DNA from: Azolla caroliniana
Lineage: Eukaryota > Plantae > Polypodiophyta
Assembly: GCA_043228905.1 (NCBI GenBank)
Contig: JBHGNT010000017.1
Coordinates: forward strand, 18,352,001-18,416,000
Direction: 5' to 3'
Length of the DNA: 64,000 nucleotides
The stretch's first letter is position 1. Each line of letters starts with the position of its first letter. Below, piece by piece: positions 13,901 through 27,000 of the stretch. Under the pieces are notes generated by a model, which had not been told where the DNA came from, ran no database searches, and was given only the letters and a program-made list of their open reading frames with translations. The position numbers and the translations under genes are program-made.

Positions 13901-15636
13901 GGTGTCTCAATAGTGGCCCTAGCCCAATGTGGCCTTGCAAAATGGCTATCGGCAAATTCTTGTTCAATTTCGAGACCATTCGTTGTGATAACGCTCGTCG
14001 AGACATTTGTCGGTCGGGTTCCTTCTTCACTTGTTGTCAGTCTCTTCCTTTTTATTAAGTCAATGATGACATCATGAAATTCTTTCTTTGCAATTCCTAA
14101 GACCTCTCGTAGTGTGAACTCGATTCGGCTATCCAGGATTCTTTCTTCCATCACACGCTTAAGGTTGGTGGATTGCTCTATCTCCGAGCGTAGTTTGAAC
14201 GTTGGTCCGATTCTTTCCTTCCGTCTTTCGGTTATCGTTTGGGGCGATGATGATTCCTCCCTTCTTCAAACAACTTCTCTTGTGTCATGTTTCTTTGAAG
14301 AGCTTGATTGATCATCTAGTCTTTTTCGTTTCTCTTCAACTAGGACGTCATAGTTTTGATGCATGGCCTCGACGAAGCTAGACTTCTCCTCCACAGGGTC
14401 CTCCTATCCCGTCATTGCTTGGACTCTTCGTTCTGCTTTGAATGCCTCATTCATGCAGAGCTTCCCTTTTCCAACTTGATTCAATATGATTGGCCAAAAT
14501 TCTCCTGCTTGAGATTCTTGGGCTCTCATCTCGTGTCCAGCTCGTATACCGGTATATGAGGAATAGTAAACATTATTCACTTTGTTTTCTTCCATTTCCT
14601 CCATCAACTTCTTCATACCTCATTGGCCGAAGTTGGTATTGAGAGGACGTTGCGTCACTGAGGAGTGAATTCGATTGTTTGAGAGATAAATGATATCTCA
14701 TCGGAGGGCATTTTGGAATTCTGAGCAATCTCTCCGTTGGTGTTCCAAAGAGTCATAGCAAATACACCTGTGGGGAAAGTCCAAGCGACGACCCAGAAAA
14801 CTTTGAGTTTCACCCTTTCTAATTTGAGAAATTCTTATCTCTCAAAGCATGTCTACAAGTTCATCCATTGTGGCTTCGTCTGTGGGCCAAGCCACTTCAG
14901 CATCCCTCCATCTTTGGGCTTGTGGTTCTTGTCTTGTGTTATAAGCTTGTCGGCCAATCTGAGTTGCAACACTCGATCTTGTCTTGTTGTCCCATTGTCA
15001 ACGCTTATCAAAACATCCACATGCTCTCTTCACTGTTGCCCAATAAAAAATGAGGCCCTCATCGTTTTCTAGTGGTAGTCCAAGATCTCTTCGATCTTTC
15101 TCTTCTACTGATTTAATAAATAGGAGCACCTTGCTAGAATCGAGAATCATTTTGTCAAGTGCAGGCAGACGATCAAATCTTTGCTCAAACTCGTGGAGCG
15201 TCGCACTCGCACTCAACTCTTTGTTAGAAGACTCCACCTAGTCCATTAAATCTTTCTTCGTCATTCAAGATGAGTCACCAAACCCATATTCTTCAAGTAA
15301 ACTTCGTTCGAAAGATGACCATTCAGGATTGATCTCTTGTAGCTCTAGGACCCGGGAGTAAAGACTTGAAGTTACAATCCTTGAGAAGCTTGTCACTTGT
15401 CTTGCCATAGGAATACCCCTTTTCCGCATTTCTATTTTGTAGATTTCAAGGTATCGTGTTACATCTCTACTATCAAAGCATTCGTTGGTGTCCACAATCC
15501 TATCGATGGCCACGTTAAGGCCTGCGACGTTGTCTCTCTCTTGAAGCATTTGGTCCATCATCCTCGCCATTGCTTGTGCTAGACTATCATTAGAGTCTCT
15601 AGCACTCGAAGTTCCGACCATCCTCCCTTGACGTTC

Positions 15637-15654
15637 TTCACGTCGAGTTCACCA
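15637..15654 (-). other. Primer-binding site complementary to tRNA-Trp
   Basis: Plus strand TTCACGTCGAGTTCACCA versus recalled plant tRNA-Trp 3' end TTCACGTCGGGTTCACCA (17/18). It lies 6 nt from the LTR end and just before the gag ATG. Confidence 0.8.
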
Positions 15655-15829
15655 AATCTATGTCGTGGAAATCTGCGCTTGCGGGTCAATCGAACAAGAC
15701 CACCGGGGTCTTTGACCAAGGAGGATGAATCGGGTGACTTGTGCTTGTCAGGAATCGACCGTCGTTTAGGTTTACAATCGAGTCATTCTTGTTGTCGAAG
15801 ACACTTGTGTGGGTTGACTGAGAGAAAGA

Positions 15830-18800
15830 GAGATAGATAGATAGATGGATGAATAGATTATATTATCGTCTTCGGAGGTCAATTATGACCTATGAGACAA
15901 AAAATATTACATTTCACGTGATACATGTGAAGGTGGGTAGTGACTCTCGATGTTCAAGAACTTTACCAATGAATGTTGCAATCAAGAGTGCACATCGTGG
16001 TTGTGAGAGAAATTCGTGCAAGGATTGGGCTCGATCAAAGAGATGTGGAAAGCATGGTCAAATATGATCAAAGGCAGAGCATTGTATCAAAGTGTGATAC
16101 TCAGACTCTCGAACTTGTTTAGGGCAAAGTGTGCATAGTCGGTCACTCTCATCACTTGTGCCCCAACGCCCCCGTCTCACATCTCAATGTGTGCTAGCTA
16201 AGTCGCATGGAAGCAATGGTTCAAATGGCAGATATCGGGATGGGCTCTAACATGTCTCGATGCGTACGACTTCCTTGTTCCGCGAAGAATATGGTTTTGT
16301 AGTTAGGTGCAACATTTGTAGTATAAGTGTGAAGCGTGACCCACCACATTTGTCCCATGTCATGATACATTGGCGTTGCAAAAAGGCCTCATTTACAGAG
16401 GAATCTAGTGACGATGTCATGAAGATTTTCGGCAATGGTGTGAAAATCGCATAAAACATACGAAATCGAGTATGAATCATATAAAACAATAATAGTGAAA
16501 ATATTATATCTTAGTACAAAAAGATGGAGGTCTTCAAGAGCTTTCGAATGCACTTTACTACATAAGAAACGAAAATCTAAGTCTCAAGTTATGAGGGTAG
16601 GAAGTTTGCAAAGGAAAAGAGAAAGATAAAACTGTGAGAGATCCCACATAGACAGGACAAATAAGGATCTTACCATATATAACGTAGAGCAAAAGCTATT
16701 ATCTTTGTGTTTATGTGTGGAGCATAGAGATTTCAAGGTGACTTGAACTAAGCTAATTGGATGAGTGGGTGTGGCCTAGCTACTTGTAAAAGTTTTGGCC
16801 AACCAAAACCGGCGGCAACTGGGGACGGAGCCGGTGAGCCGGCGGTCGGCGACCGGCGACCCGCTGGTGACTGGCAAGCGACTTGCATCGAACGGATCAG
16901 TCGGGTTGGTTGATCGCGGTGCATGGTGTCTTAAAGATATTTAGTCCAAAAGCCTAATAGTATTTTGTGCATAAAAGAAAAAGATGTAAGCAAGACTCGA
17001 ACTTAACACCTCAAAGATAGGAAGCAATAGGCTTACAATTAAGCCAAACCATTTCTTTAGGGATTACATTTTTATCATTATAGCTTTACATGTAAATTCT
17101 TATGTGTGAGAGCTAGATGCTGACATGGCAAGCATGCATTGCGTGCATTGCATGCATTTCATGCATTTCGTGCATGTCTTGCACCCTCACATGCACCATA
17201 TGCATGGGGGCATCTATAAAAGAGTGAAGGAATCAAGCAAAAGGGGGATTTTTATCAGGAGCTTTGTACTTTATATCAAAATTAATATTAAGAAGAAAAT
17301 TCATTATCCAATTGATGTATTAATCAAGAAATTAAAAGTAAGAAATTCGATATCCAATTGATGTATCAATCTTGTTCTTCAAATCTGAAGTCAAGAGTTC
17401 AATCTTAATCTCTCTCAATCTAAAGTCAAGCGTTCTATCTTATCTCAATCTCTCTCTTTCAATCTATCTTAATTCCTTTCTCGCTAAAGCTAGTGCAAAC
17501 TTCGAGTCCTTCCGGTCCAGAACCCCGGCGGTTCCGCCTCACGATCCGCTTGTAGTGACAAATCTTCACGACAACGCATCATGAAGCAAGTTTCTTGCAT
17601 CCCATCTACCAAACCATTTTTCTAAATCTTGCATCCAACCGGAACACAAAATTTTGCTTTTATGCGTCTTTTGGATCTTTTTGCTTGCTTCACATGCAAT
17701 TCTAGGAAGTCGATGTGAGGGGCTTTTTTGAACCTTAATCATGTATTAAACAACCCTTTCCATGACCATGATCTCAACGGGAAGCGATCCCGTCTCAAGG
17801 AGGAGGGTGTAGGGCGTTTGTTTCTTAACTTGTAGAAACTTTGTAAGAAAATATTTTTGGACATTTTCAAACTCTTTCCACGTAGACTTGGGGATGCTAC
17901 CGCCCCATACTTCCACCCCATAGAGAAGAACCGGGGTCACCAAAGTGTCGAAAAGATATTTCTTGAGGACCCAACACTTAATATCTCCAAGATTGCATGT
18001 GTTCTCAAATGCATAATATGCTCGCTTACCCGCCTCTAAGCAACGTGTAGCACATTCATTCCATCTATGATTTGAAGGAACTTCAAGGCCAAGACATTTG
18101 AAGCTTTCCACACATTCAAGTGGCTCATTGTTGTACATAATGCATGGTTTATCTCTTTTGTGACCCCGGTTCTTCTTTATGGGGTGGGCATCCTTGAGAT
18201 ATGTGGCATGAAAGATTCGTGTGAATCAAGTTGGAAACTTCTTGTACAAGCATTCATGTCACCAAAGACAATAACTTCCCCTTTGGATTTGAAATAAGCA
18301 ATATCATCTTCTAGATTTGCAAAAGGTTGATCTTTATCCAAACAAGCATAGAAGTTAGAATCTTGATGAGGAATGTAATATCCAATGACAAAAATGAGCA
18401 AATCATTAGGTGTTTCTATTTTGAGCCAGATGTAGCATTTATGTTCATCATTTTTTACGATTGACACATATTTCTCTATTTCCTTCTTAATCAAACATGC
18501 CACCCCTCCTTGTCCTCTTCTTTTGTCTTGGATTTTTCTCCCATATCAAAGAGTATACATTATAGTTTCCTAAACCTTGAATCCTTTGAGTATCATGCTC
18601 CCATGTTTCAACAAGAAGTGTGATATCTGAGTCATCAATGAACTCCTCTATGCCGAATCCCGCATTCCATGGGTATCCATTGCAATTCCAAAAACATAGT
18701 CGTAAAATTCGTGGTTTAGTCTCATAGGTCACATGTCCCTATTTGCCTACTTTTCCATCTTTAAGCACATCCTTAACCTTATTTTTCAATCTTTCTTCAT

Positions 18801-19650
18801 ATGCTTTACGACGGGCATTTTGTTGTGAGATAGTACGATCTTCACTCACAAAGCATTGCGTACCTTTGAGGTATACCCAACTATTTTCGAGTATGATCCG
18901 CCGCTTTGTATCATCCGTCATTGTACATACAATGGGCCTTTCTCCGGAGCGAGTAACACCATGTTTCCCAATTCGGTGTGCCCCATATACATTCACATCC
19001 AACATCCCATAATGCATGCTAAAAAATTCACCAATGGCCTTTCCAAGGGAAGCGGGTGTTTCCATACACTCCTCTTTAATCCCACAGATAACAATGTTCT
19101 TTGATCTTCGTTCACACTCTTTCAATTATGAGGCATCTATGCTTTCTATATTCTTCTCTTGATGCATCACATGCATATTAGATGAGTTTGATACCCCATC
19201 CCCACCACATACATCGGCCCATGATTTCGTTGTACATACATTTTTCATCTCACTTACATCCCGCCTCATCGTGTCTAATTTTTCTTCTTTTAATTCAATC
19301 TTATTAAGGCGCTCATTTGTTTTGAAAGAAGCTCTTTTACATTCTTGAATCTCTTCTTCAAGTTTTGCAACCACTTTCTTAAGAATTTCATTCTCAATGG
19401 CAATAGTTTGGAGCTTAGCATTCTCTTTCATTAACATCCAAATCTCTTCACCTTGCTTGTTTATAGTTTCTTGAAGAGAAATCAAGTGGCTCATTAGCAT
19501 TTTGTCCATTGTGTTTATTGCATTGAAATCAACATTTGTTGGTGATTTCGGTTCATTATCAATCATACTCACAAACTTTGAGGCGGCCTTACAAGTGTGT
19601 GTCATTGTAGGCCAAACCCTACGAGAGAGCGAGAGAGCGAGAGAGTGAGA
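15830..19650 (-). mobile_element. Non-LTR retrotransposon (LINE, RTEX-like), internally deleted
   Basis: ORF1 18739-19605 (coiled coil, then NIVICGI..AHRIG..RPIV). APE endonuclease (CFWNCNG, LVETW, GDMNA) 18190-18732. RT C-terminus 17574-18150. C-terminal HTLRCETG..RLCTLC..HTLIQC zinc finger at about 15950-16220. (CTAT)n tail near 15835. Ends are approximate. Confidence 0.8.
16415..17573 (+). repeat. Solo LTR inserted in the LINE
   Basis: Inverted termini TGTCATGAAGATTT...AAATCTTCACGACA, TATA near 17215, CT-rich U5. LINE frame rejoins across it (LLHDA|SLDSS). Imperfect TSD ACG(C)A. Confidence 0.8.
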
Positions 19651-20062
19651 GCACGAGATTAAGAAAATATTTACAGCACCACAAAGATGTCATGAAGCAC
19701 ATGATACATGTGCCAAACGTCGCGATGTGCGCAGACAAGCACCGGCCTCTATCCACAAGTGATGATGGATGATCGAAAGGATCGTTTAAGACAATGAAGC
19801 GGAACCGTCTGGACTGGAAGGACTAGTTGTCATTAATCTTGTTGTCTACATTCATTACCCCATTGTTTATGAGAGCGAGCTTGAGAGAGTGAGAGAGATA
19901 TTGTGCCTAATCATCTATTGGTTGTTAAGTGAGTGTGAGGCTCGGAGGTGCCCGACAACCATCTCTGCTCGATTTGCCATCAAGAGGGTATACGCCAATC
20001 TGAATCCCGCCACAACATCGAGGAGCTTACTCCATCGATACATAGATCCTTCACAATCACAC

Positions 20063-20177
20063 GTGCACAATAACGTGCTAACATACATGTGTAACCATCA
20101 CTTCCTTTCATATGTGTGCACATTAACGTGCTAACATACATGTGTAACCATCACTTCCTTTCATACATGTGCACATT
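20063..20177. repeat. 53-bp tandem duplication
   Basis: GTGCAC...CCTTTCATA unit starts at 20063 and 20116, with a partial copy at 20169. Confidence 0.9.
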
Positions 20178-20240
20178 GCACCTTCTCGATTTTCCTCGTT
20201 CCACGCGATTTTCACACTGTTGTCAAAAATCTTCACAACA

Positions 20241-20559
20241 ACAGATCCGGATAGTTGTACCGATCCGGATCCGCACTGATGGATTTCCGGTAGCCGATTT
20301 GACACCGTTTTGTAATCCCTACCGAATGCTCTGTGTCTTTTTGTTCTTAATTGTTATTCCTTGTGTACTTGTCATTCAGTGCTTTAATTCTTAATCTTAC
20401 GAGTGTAATAATTAATCGGTTGCGTAATAAGTAATCCGGAAGACATCCGGAAATAGTCGGATCGGAATCGAATAGCATCCATATCCTAACCACCCCTTTG
20501 GATAAGTGTTTTGGTACGGACACCCTATGTTTATGGCTAAGTCCAGCCCAGGATAAACA
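20241..20559 (+). repeat. Partial LTR related to the 46018/49196 LTR family
   Basis: Reverse complement shares AGGGTGTC..ACACT..CCAAAGGGGTG, CGTAAGAT and TTACAAAACGGTG blocks with 46018-46450. Ends ...ATAAACA against copia D integrase. Confidence 0.7.
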
Positions 20560-21022
20560 GCCGCTTCGGATCAATTTCTGATTCTCCGGGTCCCATAGCC
20601 CATAGGTGAAATCCCCATTGGTTCCATAACCGAGAAATATGCGTTTTGTTGCATGGGGTGCCAACTTGATCCTTTTCTCCTTGGGGATAAATGCGTAACC
20701 TTTGCATCCAAAAATTCGAAGCCTTTCATAGGTCGGTTGTTTGCCTAACCATAGTGACGGGAATATGCGGGAATAATCTTCGGCCACAACCGAGACTTAG
20801 ATCACTTAATGATAATCAAACACAGTAAAAAATGAGAAATGGAGGTAAGTACACAAACAAAAGAGAATACACAAGATGTTAACGTGGAAACCCTAAACGG
20901 GAAAAACCACATGACTCCACAGAACCCGAACTATCACTATGTATGGAGAATACAACAGGGTAACACAAAGGCAACGACCTCGTGTTCACAATCTTCACCT
21001 GGTGGCGGTTACAGCACAGACT

Positions 21023-21072
<50 letters not shown>

Positions 21073-24000
21073 TTCTGCTACGCTCTATACAGCAATTACA
21101 CCCAAAAAAAAATTTACCAACAACACTATAGAGTTTGCCCTAGGTCATATTTATACTAATATGACTTTCGGGCTATTTACAAATATAGCCCCATTGGGCT
21201 CTCTGGAACATATTTACATATATGTCCCTTCATCCGGTGAGAGGTTCTCACCGGGCCTGCAACATCCAGTTCTCACCGAGTCTTCCTTGTCGGGTACTCA
21301 TCATCCGGTTCTCACCGGGCCTTCATCATCCGGTTCTTACTGGGCCTTCATCATCCCATCCAGAGGGACCAAAATCCTAACAAACTCCCCCTTCACTCCG
21401 GCATGGGATGTCTGGTTAGTCCAATTCGCTTCCGGCATGCGTCCAACTTGTCGGGCGTCAGCACCTTGCTTAGCATATCCAACCCGTTCTCCTCCGTGTG
21501 GATCTTCATCAGCACGAACTCTTGATCTTCTACTCACTCCCGGATCCAATGGTACCTCCTTTGGATGTGCTTCATCCTAGAATGATATGTTGCGTTCTTC
21601 GCAAGGTGAATGGCACTTTGACTGTCGCAATAGAGCCGGTATTCCTTTTGCCGAATCCCTAGTTCTTCGATGAAGTCCTTCATCCATAGTATTTCCTTGT
21701 CGGCTTCCACAACCGCCATGTACTCCGCCTCCGTGGTTGACAACGCAACCGTCTTCTGCAACCTCGACTGCCACGAAACAGCTCCCCTTGCATATGTCAT
21801 AACATATCCCGATGTTGACCGGTTGGTATCCACATCAACCGACATATCCGAATCGGTGAAACCGTCAAGTTGGGGTTTACCGGAGCCGAATTGGAGACAC
21901 ATACTTGAGGTGCCTTTCAAGTATCGGAGTATCCATTTTACCGCATTCCAGTGCTCCTTGCAAGGATTGCTCCTAAACCGGCTCACCACTCCGACTGCGT
22001 ATCCGATATGTGGTCGGGTACACACCCTTCCGTACATTAAGCTTCCAACGGCAGAGGCATATGGTATCTTCATCATATCCACTTTCTCTGCCTTCATCTT
22101 TGGGCTTTGCTTACCGAATAACCTGCAGTTTGCCGGGAGTGTCGATCCGACCAGTTTCGCATCTGACATGTTGAACCACTGAAGTACCTTTGTCACGTAT
22201 TTCTCCTATGATAGCCACAATTGCTTCTTTGACAGGTCCCAGATGATATGCATCCCTAGTATCTGTCTTGCCGAACCCAAGTCTTTCATTGAGAAGGTCC
22301 GATTCAGAGCCTTCTTCAGTGTCTGTATCTTGACTTGGTCTCATCCGACGATCAACATGTCGTCCACGTACAGGAGGAGTATCATGAAGTATCCACCTTC
22401 AAACTTCTTCACAAACACGCAGTGATCGGCTTGCATCTTGTGGTATCCTTGATCCATCATGAAGGAATCGAACTTTCGGTACCATTGCTGGGGAGCCTGC
22501 TTCAAACCGTAGAGGCTCTTCTTCAACCGGCAAACCAGGTGCTCCTTCCCTTTCTTCACAAATCCCTCTGGTTGCTGCATGTAGATCTCCTCTTCGAGGT
22601 CGCCGTGGAGGAACGTTGTCTTCACGTCTAACTGCTCTACCTCGAGGTCCATGCTCGCCACTATGCTTAGCACCGTCCGGATGGAAGTCATCTTTACTAC
22701 CAGGGCAAATATCTCAACGAAGTCCACTCCCTTCTTCTGTTGGAACCCCTTCACCACGATCCTGGCTTTGTACCTTGGGGGGTTGCTTGCATCTCCCGGT
22801 TTCAACTTGTACACCCACTTATTCTGGAGTGTCCGCTTTCCTTTCGGCAACTCCACCAATTCATATGTGTGGTTCTCGTGCAAGGAATCCATCTCATCCT
22901 GCATGGCACTCAACCACTTGCGGCTATGGGTGTCATCCTTCGCTTCTTCAAAGCTTTCCGACTCCCCCTCATCAGTCAGCAACACGCGTTCTGCATCCGG
23001 AAATCTCCGGGGGGCACTTCTTTCCCAGAGAGGATATCTCCGTCCTCAGTTTTCAGTAACCGGCTCCTGTGTCTGTTCTTCATCCGAATCTGATTCGGGG
23101 TCTTGTCTGGTTCCGATTTCAGCTTCCTCTCCTTCTTCTGTCGGTTCGGTATCCTCACCGTAACCGACCAATTCTTCGAGTGTCAGCCAGCCCCTAGCCG
23201 GGTAGGTCCGAATCTCATCCAACCGATCCTTACTAGTCGACTCGGAGTTCATTATCTTCTTCTCCGACTCCCAGTCGGCAAGGGTCTTGTCCTCCATGAA
23301 GATAATATCTCGACTCCAGAAAACCTTCTTGTCGACTAGATCCCACACTCGGTAGCCGAACTCATCATCGTCGTATCCAAGGAATATGCATGGTCGGGTC
23401 TTTGGATCCAACTTTCCTCTTTGGTCCTTAGCAACATGCACATACACGAGACACCCGAACACCTTCAAGTGCCTGTAGGACACTTCCTTACTGGTCCACA
23501 CTCTCTACGGCGTGTCCATATCCAAGGGTACTGAGGGTGACCTGTTTATCACATATGTCGATGTCGACAACGCCTCAGCCCAAAACGTATTGGGTAACTT
23601 TGCATGTGCTCGCATACTTCCGACCCTCTCCATTATGGTTCGGTTCATCCTCTCGGCCAGCCCATTGAGTTCCGGCGTCTTGGGCACAGTAAATTCGAGT
23701 TGGATTCCCTTCGAGCGGCAGTACTCTTCGAACTACCCCCGGTATTCTCCTCCGTTATCTACTCAAACCGCCTTCAACTTCCGACCGGTTTCTCTTTCCA
23801 CTCTCACATGAAGCTCCTTGAAGACGGATAACACTTGATACTTCGTCTTCAACAGTGTGGCCCACAACTTCCGGTTGTGGTCGTCTATGAACGTCACAAA
23901 GTACTGCGATCCGGCATGTGACTTTGTGTCCACTTGACACACATCGGTATGCACCAGTTCCAGTGGTGCATTACGTCTCATCGGTGGCCTTGATCGGAAG

Positions 24001-27000
24001 GAGGTCCGGTTTTGCTTACCGGCCAGGCAGTCAATGCACCTCTCAAGATGCACGTCCTTTACCGGAATGAGGTTGTCATCGGCAAGCCTCCTCATCCCCT
24101 TCTTGCTCATGTGACACTGTCTCTTGTGCCATAGCTCACCAGCAATGTCAGATGCCACGTTCACGTCTTCCGGGCATAACCAAGCATTCATCAGGTACAT
24201 CATGTTGACTTTCCGGGCCCGAGCCACTATTAGGCTCCCTTTGCTGAATTTCATGACACCGTTTTGGATGCTACCCATGTAGCCTTCATCATCTAGCCGA
24301 CCGGCTGATATCAGGTTCAGTCGAACCCCCTGAATGTGTCAAACATCCTTCAGCAGCAACTTGCATCCAGTTGGTGTTGTCAACCACACGTCTCCTGCCG
24401 ACAATTCGGCATGTACCTTCATTCCCCATCTGGACACAACCGTGATCACCGGTCGTGTAGAATGAGAAGCATTTCCGGTCCGGGGTTAGGTGGAACGACG
24501 CTCCGGAATCGACAACCCACATTGTCTCATCACCGGCAAGGTTCAACTCACTCTCCTCGGTGATGAACATCAACTCCTCTTCACTTGCCGTGATTGTCGT
24601 CATTCCCTTCCGGTCCGGTCTTTACCATTCCGGTCCGGTGACCGCTTTGAATCGGTACTATCGGTTTCCTTCTCTTTTCGGAAATGCCGACAGTTCTTCT
24701 GGAAGTGCCCCAGCTTCCCATAGTAGAAGCAAGTGGGCCTTCCCCTTGACTTTGACCGTGTCCCCGACTTTTCCCAGTTCTGGGGACTCCGGTTCCTTTG
24801 TCTTCTGCGTTTTGATTCGGTAAGGAGCGCTTTGGAGTCGGAGCTCGTATCCTTGTCTTTCCGACGCACCTCCTCATCTAGCAAGCTCGACTTGACTCTT
24901 GCCAGGGATAACTGTTTCCCTTCCGGCCTGGCATTGCCCAAAGTGACAATTAACGTCTCCCAGCTATCTGGGAGGGAACCGAGCAGGAGCAATGCTAGTA
25001 CCTCATCGGCGAGAGGTACTTCCAGCGAGGTTGCTTGGTGTATCAATCCCTGGAAGGCATTCATCTGCTCCGCCATACTGGTGCCATCTTGGTACCGGAG
25101 CCTCACTAGCTTCCGGAATACCGAAACCTGATTAACAACATTTTTGTTCTGAAACATAATGTCGATCTTCTCCCAGAGCTCATGAGCCTCGCTCTCTTCA
25201 TTGAAGTTGTTGTACAGGCTCATGTTGATGAAGCACCGTATGTATGCCATGTGCATCACCTCCCACATTGTGGCATCGATCTTGTCCGGTCTCTTGTCTC
25301 CGAACTGAACCGGCAACCAAAGATCTTTAACCACGAGCATGTCCCTCATCTTCGACTTCCACACTGAGTAGTTCGAGCCGGTGAGCTTGAACATGCCTCC
25401 CAACGAATCTTCCATTTTCTGTGTCATTTCGCTCTAATACCAGATTAACGGGAATATGCGGAATAATCTTCAGTCACAACCGAGACTTAGATCACTTAAT
25501 GATAATCAAACACAGTAAAAAATGAGAAATGGAGGTAAGTCCACAAACAGAAGAGAATACACATGATGTTAACGTGGAAACCCTAAACGGGAAAAACCAC
25601 GGGAGTCCATAGACCCTGAACTATCACTATGTATGGAGAATACAACAGGGGAACACAAAGGCAATGACCTCGTGTTCACAATCTTTGCCTGGCGGCGGTT
25701 ACATCAAAGACTCACTCTTTCTCTCTCTCTCTCTCTTTCCTTCTGCTACGCTCTGTACATCAATTACACCCAAAAAAAATTTTACCAACAACGTTATAGA
25801 GTTTGCCCTAGGTCATATTTATACTAATATGACTTTCGGGCTATTTACAAATATAGCCCCAGTGGGCTCTCAGGAACATATTTACATATATGTCCCTTCA
25901 TCCGGTGAGAGGTTCTCACCGGGTCTTCCTTGTCGGGTACTCATCATCCGGTTCTCTTCGGGCCTTCATCATCCGGTTCTTACCGGGCCTTCATCATCCC
26001 ATTCGGAGGGACCGAAATCCTAACACATAGTGCCTGTGGCACTTCGAGCCTAATTGCTTTTGACAGTGATAGATTTATCAGATGTACTGTCGTCTGCAAT
26101 GCTTCGGCCCAGAACTCCAACTTTAGTCCGGCTTCTTGGAGCATTGTTGTCACCCTCTCTTGGATCCCTTGGTTGATCCATTCTGCCACTCCATTCCGCA
26201 TGGATGTGTACGGAACGGTCTTTTGATGTCGGATCCCTTTGTCAGATAGGTACTGCTTGAAGGCTCGGGAGGTGTATTCACCTCCATTATCGGATCAGAG
26301 TGTCTTCACTCTACATCCCGACTGGTTTTCCGCTTCGATTAACCATCGAGCGAAGGTCTCGAGCGCTTTGTCTTTTGACCTAATCGAATAGGCCCAGACC
26401 ATTTGTGTACAATTATCGATGAACGTGATGAAGTACTGGGAGCCACCTAGTGATCTTTTAGGCATCATACCACATATGTTTGTGTGCATGAGCTCTAGGG
26501 GTTGTCGTACCGTCTCGTAATGGAGAGAGTGCGGACTTCAAGTCTGTTTCCCATATTGACAATGCTCGTAGAAGTCCATCAATTGGTCAAGTCTGGCTTG
26601 AGACATATGGCCAAGTCGGTCATGCCATAGGTTCGGTCGTTCTTTTCGGCTATGTTCACGAACTCTTTTGGACTGATCGCCATCATTGGGTACAAGTTGT
26701 TGTACTTGTGCCTGCTTCTGATTCTTAGATTCCCTCGGCTCATCATCCATGTCGACTCATTGAGTGTTGTTTGGTACCCGTCTTCGGCTAACATTCCAAT
26801 GGAGTCCAGACTCCTTTTCAAATTGGGTACTGTCAAACTTGGTATAGGGTGATCATGTTGCCATTTGGCAGACGGATGGGGACATCCTCGATCCCTACGA
26901 TTATGCACTCCTACCCATTGTTGAGTCAGATTGTTCTGTTGGCGTTGGCTGAATAGTTCGAAAACCATTTGATGTTCGGGGTTACGTGAAAGGTGACGCC

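Larger units (their letters stand above)
4574..20240 (-). mobile_element. Ty3/gypsy LTR retrotransposon with tRNA-Trp PBS, decayed; hosts copia A, copia B and a LINE
   Basis: gag (ATG 15621), protease (ALIDYGSEIN, 13582-14154), RT (PYSNRWF...FLDD, 12036-12814), RNase H (11518-11969), integrase HHCC (10963-11166) resuming at 5035-4574 across copia B. PBS at 15637-15654. LTR inner end at 15661. Probable outer end at 20240 (TGTTGTGAAGATTTT on minus); this outer boundary is less certain. Confidence 0.85.
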
